Source: the human T2T-CHM13v2.0 reference genome, Homo sapiens | NCBI RefSeq assembly: GCF_009914755.1 | Contig: NC_060935.1 | DNA: 64,000 bases | Reading direction: 5' to 3' (one strand) | In this document: positions 19,996-37,222 of the stretch, one piece after another | How positions within the stretch are numbered: position 1 is the stretch's first letter | Layout: each line of letters starts with the position of its first letter | Notes under the pieces: model-generated | Told to the model about the DNA's origin: nothing | Databases searched by the model: none | The model's input: the letters and a program-made list of their open reading frames with translations, nothing else | Position numbers and translations under genes: made by a program

Positions 19996-20015
19996 TGACT
20001 GCCCTCTAGTGGTTA
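19996..20015 (-). promoter_or_regulatory. Candidate CTCF site
   Basis: The minus strand reads TAACCACTAGAGGGCAGTCA, a near-consensus CTCF core (CCACYAGRGGGCR), in apparently unique sequence. Confidence 0.6.
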
Positions 20016-22407
20016 TAAAACAATAAACTTTTCTATCAGTCAATGCCAGTAGCTTTCACTCTTTCCAGTAAGAAAACTTAACTAAGGCATGCCCTTTGAT
20101 ATTTTTATATTCTATTGTATTTTATTTTAAAAAAATGTTGGTTACAAGGAATAATATATCTTCACCCACTAATAGCTTGCCATCCAGTTTGACAACGAGT
20201 GTTCTCTGAGAACACTTGGTTTAATATATTAACTATGTCATATAGACTATGGTTTATGATTTAATTTATTCTGAAAGTAGATATGATTTAACGTTTTCTG
20301 AAATAGTAGGCTGCTTAAGTTTAACAATACAGATAATATAAATAATACAAATAAAATTCCCCATACACTAATACTAATCATACCTACCAAATATATTATC
20401 TTTTCTATTAGTAACTTACATACATTTCACATGTATTACCTCAAAAAAGTCTCTACTACAAATCTGTGTTTACTTTCATTCTTCAGAGTTGCAGACTGAA
20501 TTTCCTCAGTCATAACAAGACTTACAATAAAGTTATGAAATATAGCTTATTGCTATAATAGGAAAAATAAGAAAACATTCTATAAGGTGATAAACAGGGA
20601 AACTGTTAAATTATGGTACATTTATATGATGACTATTACACAGCCATTAAAATTATATTTTCAAAGAATATTTAATGAATTAAAGAAATAACAATGATTC
20701 GTTGCTAAGTGGAAAGAGAGGGACCTGGAGCTATACTTAGAGTGTCTCAACCATGGGAGGAAATAAACACATCAAGAAAGAAAAGCCAGGAAATTAATGC
20801 AATCAAATATCAGGAGTGGTTTCTCTGCAATCAGATTCCAGGTGATTTTCATTTTTTCTTAATACTTTTTTTTTATATTTTTCACACTATCTACATTGTG
20901 CATGTGTAACTTCAGAGAAGTCCAAAAAAATTAAAAGCAAATGAAATTGTCTCCTTTGATAAAAGTGTACACATGAAAGAGAAAGAATGCCCCTCAAAGT
21001 CTGCCTTTCCAGATGTCCTGTGTAGCTGAATTACAGACCCTGTAACAGATTTTCTATACTGGAGGATGAGTTTGCTTGTCACAAAAGCATCTTCCAGGGT
21101 ATTCCTTATCTACAAATATTCGTAAAAGGAGGCCTGGACCTTCAGAATCAGAAGATGAGTAGGTATAATTTTGTGTTATCTCCTGTATATAAGTATCAGT
21201 CAAAACAAACTCTCCAAGAACTTTATCTTGGAAAGGTTACATCAGTCTGAGTTTTGTTCCATTGGATGGCCCTTTTTTTTTTTAATTTTTTTAAAGAGAT
21301 GGGGTCTTGCCATGTTGCCCAGGCTAGTCTCAAACTCCTGGGCTCAAGCAATCTTCCTGCCATCCAGGCCAGGCACAGTGGCACTTTTGACTGCAAAGTA
21401 TGAAAGCACTAAGAGTATTGCTCTACAGAATGGTAAATATGATATGCAATTTTAAATTAATTTATATTAAAAGGTTGCCAAAGTTATCAATGTTGCTTAT
21501 ATTTCCTAAAATGGATTATGACCTAAACAATATTTATGAACACCTAAAACTCATTAAAAATCTCTTTTCCATTTTTAATATTTTATCCTCATATTTTATT
21601 GTATATGCAGTCATTGTCATAATGCCTTTCTTCCAGAGATTTTTTACAATGCCTTTTTTTAAAGATTAAGTAGAAAACTTTCCAAGAATTTCAAATAATT
21701 TTAAAGAAAGAAATTTATACATCAGCCACTCCATCTAACTCTTCATATTAAAGATGAAATCCAAGTACTTTTTAAATGACATTAGTTAAAGCTTCCAATG
21801 TCCACGGAAATAAAACTAGTATTTTGCCTTTTTGGTTTCTCCAGCCCAGCAAAGAAAGAATGAAAAAAATATTTGCAGAAAGTGAGAACTTTGTAAGTTA
21901 CTGCATTGATCAGAAATCAATTCAAAGCTATGTAATACGTATTCACTCAATACAACTTTACTGAGTACCTCTTAAATCATCTCTATGCTTGGGACCAGGG
22001 ACTCCAACAGAGATCAAATACAATCCCACTAATCAAAACATTTAGCCTATGAGATCTTAAAGACCGGCAAACAGGCAATTACAGCAAAGTGTGAGTGAAC
22101 ACAGATTATAATGAGATTGCCTAGAAGGGCCATCTAATCCAGGACTTGGGCTGTGAAGGCAGGCTTTCTGGAAAATGTGACTACCAAAGTGAGGGCTGAA
22201 GGATGGGTTAGACAAGCAAGGATGGAAGAGGATGTAATTTCAGGCATTAGAAACAGCATGTGTCAAACTCAGCCTGCTTTGCCCATACTTCATAAATCTC
22301 CAAATCAAACAGGGCTTTCAGGCAAGAGAGCAATTGGAAGCATTATTATACCTCTGCTCTTTCCTGAAGCCCTACTTAAATCACAAGGATTAAAAAGGAC
22401 AGATAGC

Positions 22408-22714
<307 letters not shown>

Positions 22715-23419
22715 CTAGATGTCTCAATTGTTGTAAGTAATAATAAAATAAAAGGAGGGAGTACAAGACAAAGAGAAAACAAGGGAAGACAGCGCCAAAA
22801 CTTGGAAGGTTAGAAAGCAGGTGATGAAGTGGTAACTGATTTAGATAATCAAAGAAAGCTAAAACCTATGCTGGCAGTAGGGGAAGCCTAAAGCAAGCCA
22901 GTCTTTCCTGCAAAACCAGAAAGGCCCAGGTTTGAAAGTCATCCGGTAGTTCTGCAAACTGGGGGTAAAGGTAAGACTGAAACAGGATTAGTTGGAAGTC
23001 TGTTAGACAAACAGTTAAACCCCAGATCCAAATGTCATGCAAGACAGCTGGACCACTCTCCTTCTTTTGCCAAAGCAGGAACATTTAACTTTAAAACTAT
23101 GAATAAACGAGAATTTCTTTAACCCATTAGAAGGCATTTAGTGGTTGCTGAGGGCTTGCTGCTGAGATAGTCCCGTCAGGACCTGAGGAGTCTTTCCCCA
23201 GCTGACAGGAATGTCGGCGGCTGACAGCTCTCAGCTGAGTCACTCTCCAGGCATTTCCCGCAGGCCAAGAGACTCCTCACACGGGGCCACACCCAGTCCC
23301 TGAGGGCCGCCCTTATCCAATGCCTGGTTGATGTGGGGCATGAAATCCTGGCCCCTTTGCCTCAAGGTAGGTCCGTTTTGAAAGGCACGACTGCACACCA
23401 GCAAGAAACGACCAAAAAA

Positions 23420-24240
<821 letters not shown>

Positions 24241-24254
24241 CAAGCTACAATAGC

Positions 24255-26750
24255 TATGGTAGTTATGAACACGCACCGCTCAGATTTCCTTTCAAGAGAT
24301 AACCTGCGCAAAAGAGACTGTTGGCTGACAGCCCCTACCTGCTGTACCTCCTGCATCCACCATGGTGTTCACATCAATGCCTTTCTCCCCGCAGACTGTT
24401 CCCAGTGACTGAACATTGTGGAAGACTGTGGAAAATTGTGGGTGTCCCAGAAACAGACAATTCTTAACCAGTGAGGGACTTCTCTGGTGGATAGTCTTTA
24501 CATATGGGTGCCTCAATAGGCCTGGGCAAGACTTCCTTTTTCAGAGCTACTTCTTCCTTCCCATGCTCTTTTCACATGTGTCAGACACACATCATAACAT
24601 CATAACCTTTATCCTTCACAGGTGTTTCTTCCCAATAAATCTCATACACCTCTAATTCCATCTTGAGATCTGCTTTTCAGAGGAACTTAACTGACATAGT
24701 TGGTACCAGGAACAGTCCAAGAAAGCAGGCTAAAAGGTGGAGATTGGGGATGGAATCACTGAATGGCAAGGAAAACCCCATGCTGAGTGGAGAGTGGGTC
24801 ACAGATTGTCCCTGGCTCAAGGTAGTGGCTCGACTGCCACTATTTCACAGGTGATGACCTGGGGAAACATTCCCTGAGAAAAACAGGCTTGCCAATTCAA
24901 GAATCCAGGCATTTAAAAGATGCAGTGGGACTAACACCTGCAAAGACAGTAGCTAGTTATTACTAAGTTGAATTGAAAACCTTCAGAGTGATGAGAAACT
25001 GAGAGCAGTTAACAACTAAAGGTTAAGTATGAGAGCCAGGATGCACTTGCGGTGGTATTGCTTACAAAGAGATCCTTATCACCCTGCAGTGGAAGAGAGC
25101 TCAGCTGCGGGGCAATCATAGGACTTAGAATAAGGAGCTGCAGAGGCATTTATCAGGCAAGGCAGATCTGTCACAAAAAGACCAGAGCCCTGAAACATCT
25201 GGGTGGGTAGCCCCAAGAATTCCTGGTCACTGGATTCCCAAATCGGTGCCTATCTCTCCTACCATTAGGAGACTGCAGGAACCAACAAGATCTCAGTGAT
25301 GCTGCTGCCTCTCCCTGCAGATCCTTCTTGCAGATCCTTCAGACCTAGAACTTCCCCAGCTGTATTGGGCTGGGATTTAACACTAGTTATCTGCTTGTCA
25401 GCAGACGGAGGGTAACTGTGAGGGGTTTCTGGCTGCCTTGTGGTGGAAAGGCCTCAGTAGGGTCTTCTCAGGTGGAGTAAATGCTAGCTCTTAACAAGGA
25501 GTAGTGAGAGAGGGGCACTGATATCACGAAGAACTTCAGTGGTGGCTCTGCTCTGTAGGCCAGGACTGAAGGTATGAGAGGAGATCAAGCCTCCTCTATT
25601 ACAGAGCTGGGCTCCTTAATTGTAGCGAGCATGATGAGCCCCCAGAGTAAGAGAGACCAGGTAACTGCCAGAAGCCAGGGGCCACAGTTACTCTAAAAAC
25701 CAGCAAGGTTAAAGAAGCAGCAGAGGGGGCTTGGTTGTCAGGCAGTTGTAGAAATGATGAATATAATTTGGAGTTTCTAGGGTCCAAACAAGTTGGCACC
25801 CTACAAGGGTACTACTTAACATCTACAATCAAAACAAGTAAAGAATGGAGGAGTAGGTAGCTTAGGACAGTGGTCCCAATAAAAATTATAATATCTTGCT
25901 CAGTTTCCAGACCTGAGCCTTTTTATTTAAGACAGAGTCTTGCTCTGTCGCCCAGGCTGGAGTGCAGTGGCACGATCTCGGCTCACCACAACCTCCACCT
26001 CCTGGGTTCAAGTGATTCTCCTGCCTCAGCCTCCTAAGTACCTGGGATTACGGGCACATGCCACCATGCCCGGCTACTTTTTTATATTTTTGATAGACAC
26101 AAGGTTTCACCATGTTGGCCAGGCTGGTATCAAACTCCTGACCTCAAGTGATTCGCCCACCTCGGCCTCCCAAAGTGCTGGGATTACAGGCATGAGCCAC
26201 CGCACCCGGCCTGAGCCAATTTTTTTTTTTTTTTTTTGAGACGGAGTCTCACTCTGTCGCCCAGGCTGGAGTGCAGTGGGCGCCATCTCAGCTCACTGCA
26301 AGCTCCGCCTCCCGGGTTCACGCCATTCTCTCGCCTCAGCGCCCCCGGAGTAGCTGGGACTACAGGCGCCCGCCACAGCGCCCGGCTAATTTTTTGTATT
26401 TTTAGTAGAGACGGGGTTTCACCGTGTTAGCCAGGATGGTCTCGATCTCCTGACCTCGTGATCCACCCGCCTCGGCCTCCTAAAGTGCTGGGATTACAGG
26501 CGTGAGCCACTGCGCCCGGCCCCTATTTTTAAACTGAAACCCATTAAATGATAAGATGGCCGGGTCTCCAGGAAGAAGGACCCTGCAATTCCCCCAAGAA
26601 ATATATACTGCAAAGATTCCCTCAGTCGTTGTCTTAAGGGACCTATGGTCATTTCTGTGGGAATACACTGAGGAAAGGGGAATAACCAAATATTTGAGGA
26701 CTACTGAAGCGGGATCTTGGGCCATGATGTTCTTAAGCTACTAGACGATA
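24255..26750 (+). mobile_element. Decayed ERVL-class provirus: LTR16-like 5' LTR (about 24255-24696), primer-binding site (PBS, about 24701-24718) and degenerate internal sequence
   Basis: LTR with cccaataaatctc ending ...aactgaca, followed by the ERVL-type PBS tggtaccagga. The internal part contains ERVL-like ccagacctgagcc...gaaggaccctgca. Two antisense Alus are inserted at 25920-26212 and 26220-26521. Confidence 0.65.
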
Positions 26751-27949
26751 CGATCTACTAAAACAAGGGAGTAAACCAAGAAAACAAAGATAAGAAATCT
26801 GAGAGGCAAGAGAGCTGCAGTGGCCATGAGAATGCACTTTGCAGCCCTCCAGCTACGGAGCATAACTGATCAAAGACCTTAGCTGAGGTGCTCTGAAACC
26901 CATCCCAGCCCAGAGGATAGGTTCTCAAAGGATGCAGAGCAACAAGGAAAAGGCAAAACACAAACAGAAATCCCCAGGGTGACGGTAAAGGAAAAATTCA
27001 GCTGTGCGGCAAGCCTACAAAGCAACCAGTCAAGACAAGTACAGAAGGAATGGCCACAAGAAGATAAAATTGATAGGAAATCTACTAAGTTTGAGTTACT
27101 AAGAGGATGTGTGCAATCTGGAAGAGAAAGAATTAGTGATAAATTACGTAGAAAACTAAACAGAAAAATCATAATTTGTATGACAACCAAAACAAAAATG
27201 TGAACAAGGAATAATAAATATTCATAGTATACTAGATGACAACAGCAAAAATTATATTTAGTCATAATAATGCAAATGTTCAATATTGATCTAACAAAAA
27301 TTAATAAGAATTTTAGTAGGCTGGGAGAATGGGAAGTGTGAGGGAGACAGGTAGAGAATATACTAAGAGGTTAACAGGTAATATATGAAACAAATACCAA
27401 GAATGACAGGATAAGCATGTTATTTAGAAATATGGAAGTAAATACTATAAGAAAAAGCTAAAAGAATATTATCTAGGGAGAAGAAATGGAGAGGGATACT
27501 GCTAATTATTCCATAATAATAAGACTTGTATTTTATGTTTAAGCTATCTGTAACTTTGATAAACTTTAAATTCAAAATAATTATTGAGCAATACATTTTT
27601 GGTTTTTTTGTTTTGTTTTTTTAAATAGAGATGGGGGTCTTGCTATGTTGCTTAGGCTGGTCTTGAACTTCTGTCCTCAAGGAATCCTCCCATCTCAGCC
27701 TCCCATAGTGCTAGATTACAAGAATGAGCTACCACACTGGGCCAAAAAACAATTAAAATGCTTTTTTTAAAGCAATGAAATTGCAATAATTTGACAATAA
27801 TATGTGAATATACAGAGTTTTAAGAAATTAATAAAAGTCAAACACCACAATTAAACAAATGATTCATAAAATAACTAAAAATGTGAATAACAATGTATTG
27901 TTGACATTTTATCTCGGATTTTAAAAAATGAAAGTTAAAAAAAAGGAGA

Positions 27950-28490
27950 CCATTTCTAGATACACACATACTCAAAAGAATTGAAAACATATATCTACAC
28001 ATAAACTTTTACATAAATATTCATAGCAGCATTATTTATAATAACTAAAAAGAAGAACTAACCCAAATGTGCATCAACTGATGAATGGATAAATAAAATG
28101 TGGTATATCCACACAGTGGAATCTTATTCAGCAATGAAGAATAAAGTACTGATATATGCTACAGTATAGATGCATCTTGAAAACATTAACATCATGCTAA
28201 GTGAAAGATGCTAGTCACATATTGTATGATTCCATTTATATAAAATGTCCAAAACAGGCAAATCTACAGAAGCAGAAAATAGATTAGTGGTTGCCAGCGG
28301 CTAGGAAGAGGAAACAGGGAATAACTGCTAATGGGTATAGAGTCTACGTCAGGTTATGAAGTATTCTAAAATTAGTGGTGGTGGTTGCACAACTCTACAA
28401 ATGCGTTAAGAGCCGCTGAGTTTTATATACTTTATAAGGGTAAATATTATGGTATGTGAATTATATCTCACTACAGCTGTTATAAAAAAA
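27950..28490 (+). mobile_element. L1MB-type 3' end
   Basis: ttcatagcagcattattt...aatggataaataaaatgtggtatatcca...gattagtggttgccag...tatgtgaattatatctca. Confidence 0.8.
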
Positions 28491-29513
28491 ATACCAAAAA
28501 AATTAAAAATATAAAAACAAAGAAATGAGAAAGGCAGAAGAAAATAGTAAGATTAAAAAAGAAAGAAACAAAAGAAAAATAAAAAAACAATTCAAGCAAA
28601 TGCATGTCATGGTTAATTTAGTCAAAAAAGTATAGAGATTTTTGTTCATGGGAGGGTCACACACTGAAATTCATGTCTCAGATTTGAACACAGTAAGTGT
28701 AAGAGTCATATTCCTTTTGTTGTGAAATTTCTGTATACAAAATATTCTATTTGGCAGAATAATTGCCACCAAAAAAAAGTACAAACAGCTCAAGATAGTG
28801 GATATATATACATATATTTAAAGGGCTAGGGTTTAGAATAAAAACATGTTACAAATCTATTTCATCAACATGGAGAAGTAGAACTGTTTTCTCCTTGGCT
28901 TGAGAAAAAACAAAGAATAAATGGGTTTTCTTTTGTCTTTTTTAAGGAAAAAAGCTATTAAAGCCACTGGCTTAGCAAGTGGATACCATATTTCTAGGAG
29001 AATCTAGCTGATCTACCCTAATGCAAAATATTTCATCGTTATTTATTTAGATTGCTTTCTAAATGTACGTACTGTCTGAAGTGAGTAAGGTTTTCAAACA
29101 GCTTTTTGCCAAATGAATTGGGAAGGCAAAAATAGCATCAAAGACCGAAAGATGCTTTAAGAGCATTACAAGAAAAAACTTGGAAGGTGTGCACAGCTAG
29201 GCAGCCAAGAGGAACTTTAATACAAATAAATCATCAGCCAAAAGTATCATTTTAAATGGGAGAGAATGAAATCAGCCTCTTCCATAAAGCTAACTCATCA
29301 CTTTCCAGTTTATTTCCATGACAAACCAGCTAAAAATTACATGAGATTTCATTGACTACATTAGTTTTTAAATTATTTTTTAGTCAGTTTTATAAGTCAG
29401 AAGTAAACAAAAGGTAATCTCCTCCCAGAAGCAACTGCTAAAGTATTGATCCTGTATAGTGGTTTCATTAACACATATTTGTTCTCAAAACAATTCTTAA
29501 ATAGTTAATGTAA

Positions 29514-30619
<1,106 letters not shown>

Positions 30620-31159
30620 GATGAGAAGAGTGAAACAGAGAGAGGTCAAGAAACTTGTCCAAAGCCACACAGAAAGCATGGCAGGCTGAAGTTCAAAACC
30701 AGGAAATCTGACCCCAGAACACACTCTCTTTCTTAACTCCTTAATGCTCCTTCTTGAAACTCAGAATGAATTTTCCTGTGGAATCACATTGTAACTGTAA
30801 TTAATTTCACAAGATAGTCCATAAAAGCCTGGAAACATGTCTAGAGAATAGTTTGTAAGTACACAACTGAACTGTAATGACTAATGACCCAGTTCAGACA
30901 CAGAAGGAATTGGTAGCATAAGGGGTGTTTTGTCTCTTTTTAGCAGCAGCAGCTATTTACCTTGAAAAAATGGTTTTCAAACATTATAAAGCCAAATAAT
31001 CCTCTAGGCAAATGAAGTCTTACCTAAAATAGATAAGAGTAGAGCTTCTCTGATTTGTTCTGAATGAAGAGGGAGAGGAAAAGCCTCTTTTCTCTATTCC
31101 ACAAAGTAGACCCTGAGACACTTCCAAAAAATGCTGGATTTCAAGGAAGACAGCCTGAA

Positions 31160-31420
31160 AACCATTGAAGTAGACAGAAGGATTGTTATAGGCCCATTGG
31201 ATCTTATTTTCCAAAAATCACAGAACAAAGTATTTTATAATGTTCTTGTAGACAAACTAGAAGAATACAGGTTGCAATACAGTACAGTTATGTGTAACAA
31301 TAGATCTGTCCATCTAATGGAAGGTTTTTAGTATCGTGCCAGAGGACTTTGTATCGGGTCCAATTCCATTAAGCATTTTTTATCAATAAATTGGATGAAG
31401 TCCTAGAAGCTATGCCTAGG
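31160..31420 (+). mobile_element. L3/CR1 LINE reverse-transcriptase remnant
   Basis: The translation LIFQKSQNKVFYNVLVDKLEEYRL resembles the CR1 RT motif LDFSKAFDKVSHDILVDKLEKYGL. gtgccagagg...ttttatcaataaattggatgaag resembles the PQG...FINDLD region. Confidence 0.55.
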
Positions 31421-31767
31421 ACACAGAAATGAAAATGGTATAAAATCATCACCAAACATAGTCAAAGAATGAACTGCAAGCACTTCAGAAGTATACATTT
31501 TTTTAATGCTGAATATTTTCCACAGAAATCCTTTTTGGTGAGACCTAGAGTGCAAAATTAGACCCTTGAAGGAGTAAGGCATTCAAGACCTCATCTTATC
31601 CTTAATAAACCCAAAAGTTAACTCATCTCCATCCTTGCACAGTTAACCTTCCAGGTATGACTCCCCCATCCACTCACCTACCCACACAAGACAGCAGTAA
31701 TGGATTGCTTACAAGATCACAAAGAATGATAAAACCAAAAGAATAGAAAACTAAACTTCAAAAAGTG

Positions 31768-32496
<729 letters not shown>

Positions 32497-32925
32497 TCAC
32501 AATAGTGTGGGCCAGATCTTCTTTTGTTTTGCTTATATAAACTTTGCTGGATCAGCCAAGTTTAAACGTCCAACTCTGGAGTTGAAATAGACAAATTCTT
32601 TCCAAGGTATAGTAAAGTGAGTATTTTCCTGGTTAACCCAATGGGAAATTGTAATAAGTTCCAGGCTATTCTTAAAGTGCAGAGATAGTCACATGACTGC
32701 TCTTTCAACCCCTAAGCACTCTTCCCAATATACTGATTACCAACTGACATTGGTGTCAAAAGCAGTCTAATGCTTTTCTAATCTATTTAGTTTTCCATCT
32801 CAGATTAACAGAGCCAGATATGAGTGTGGTGTCCAAGGCATGGCTTTAGCCAGCTAGTTTATGATGCCAAGAAGTGGTGGAAGATGGGGAGATAGCCGTG
32901 GAAGAGAGTAACCATAGTGGAAATA

Positions 32926-33624
<699 letters not shown>

Positions 33625-33770
33625 TCATAGAGTTAGTGAATTCCACAGAAATTAAAAACCTAATCAATATCCAGTTGTTGTCTTTGTTGTTGTTGTTTTA
33701 TGGGAAGACAATGCTCGTATGTTGGAGAGAAAGATAAATGGCGTCTCCCTCATTGCCCAGTAACAGTAAT

Positions 33771-35976
<2,206 letters not shown>

Positions 35977-36018
35977 TAGGCTAAATGATCCTCTTGTGCA
36001 AGTTTTACAATGCCTACT

Positions 36019-36410
36019 TGTCATTGATTGGGTTCCATAGGAAACAGACTTTGAGACAGAGATCTGTGCACAAGAAGTTTATGGAGGCACACTCTCCTGT
36101 AAAGAAAGGAAGGAAGTAGAGTTACATAGAGGGAGATGTTGGAACTATGAAGCAGTTACAACAGAGATTCTGGTCAATCCTACATGCCCCACATTGAGGC
36201 AAGGGGGCCCTGCTGTCCAGTCAATGTATTCTGATTGCCCTGGGGAGGTAGTAGCATCAATTTGGGTGAAGGAGCTCGCTTTGTTTGTGCACAGTTCCTG
36301 GAAAGGGACTTAACCTTAAGCCATCCACAGACCAGGATTCCATCAGTTGAGCAAATGAGTGCCTTAGCTCTGAAGAGGGTTCCTGGTGGCACACCACAGC
36401 ACCTATACCA
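36019..36410 (-). mobile_element. Ancient ERVL LTR (LTR16/LTR33-like)
   Basis: tgtc...ttgggttcc..ggaaacagactttgagacagagat...gtgcacaagaagtttat is the reverse complement of an LTR16-type 3' end. Confidence 0.55.
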
Positions 36411-36919
36411 CTTCTTTGAATTTGCTCAGGCTATTGATTTTTCTCAAGGACATTTCCTACCACCTCCAATTCCTACCGCCTCCGATTAAGCCCAGCTCAA
36501 ATGCTGTATCCTCCATTAAACATTCCTTGACTCTTGTCATTGTAAATAGTATTTTTCTCCTTTAAATTTTGAGCACTTTATATTCCTCTCGTGGCATTAC
36601 AACACTTATCTTATTCTACCTTCCATAAGAGCTATTTTTTACTTCAATAAATTGAGAACTTTCAGTTACTCAGGCAATAAACTAGGACCCGAGGATATAA
36701 AGTGATCAAAACAGATATGATCCTCTTCATACTTTAAACAAATAGAAGTTAAAAAGTTCACAGTAGTAAAAGAGTACATAGGATGGAAATTTAATTCAAA
36801 TGAAGGTGTCGGGAAATGATTCTCTAAAGAAGTGATATGAAACCCAGTAGTAGAGAGCAGCTCAGTGAAGGGTGGTGGTACGGATAAGGAGTGGGGTGTG
36901 TGCAAGTAAGAGCGAGCAA

Positions 36920-37222
36920 GGCCAGGCACGGTGGCTCACGCCTGTAATCCCAGCACTTTGGGAGGCTGAGGCAGGCAGATCACTTGAGGTCGGGAGTTCG
37001 AGACCAGCCTGGCCAACATGGTGAAATTCCCATCTCTACTAAAAATACAAAAATTAGCTGGGCATTGTGGCACGCACGTGTAATGCCAACTACTCAGGTG
37101 GCTGAGGAGGGGACTTGCTTGAACCTGGAAGGCAGAGGTTGCAGTGAGCCGGGATCATGCTACTGCACTCCAGCCTGGGCGACAGAGTGAGACTCTGTCT
37201 CAAAAAAAAAAAAAAAAAAAAG
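36920..37222 (+). mobile_element. AluS within L2 remnants (about 36660-37530)
   Basis: Alu consensus. TSD aagtaagag(c/a)gagca. Confidence 0.85.

Noticed and set aside
26275-26390. Cluster of odd small indels and swaps in an AluY
   Set aside because: Cannot be distinguished from local mutation or sequencing error, and has no functional implication.
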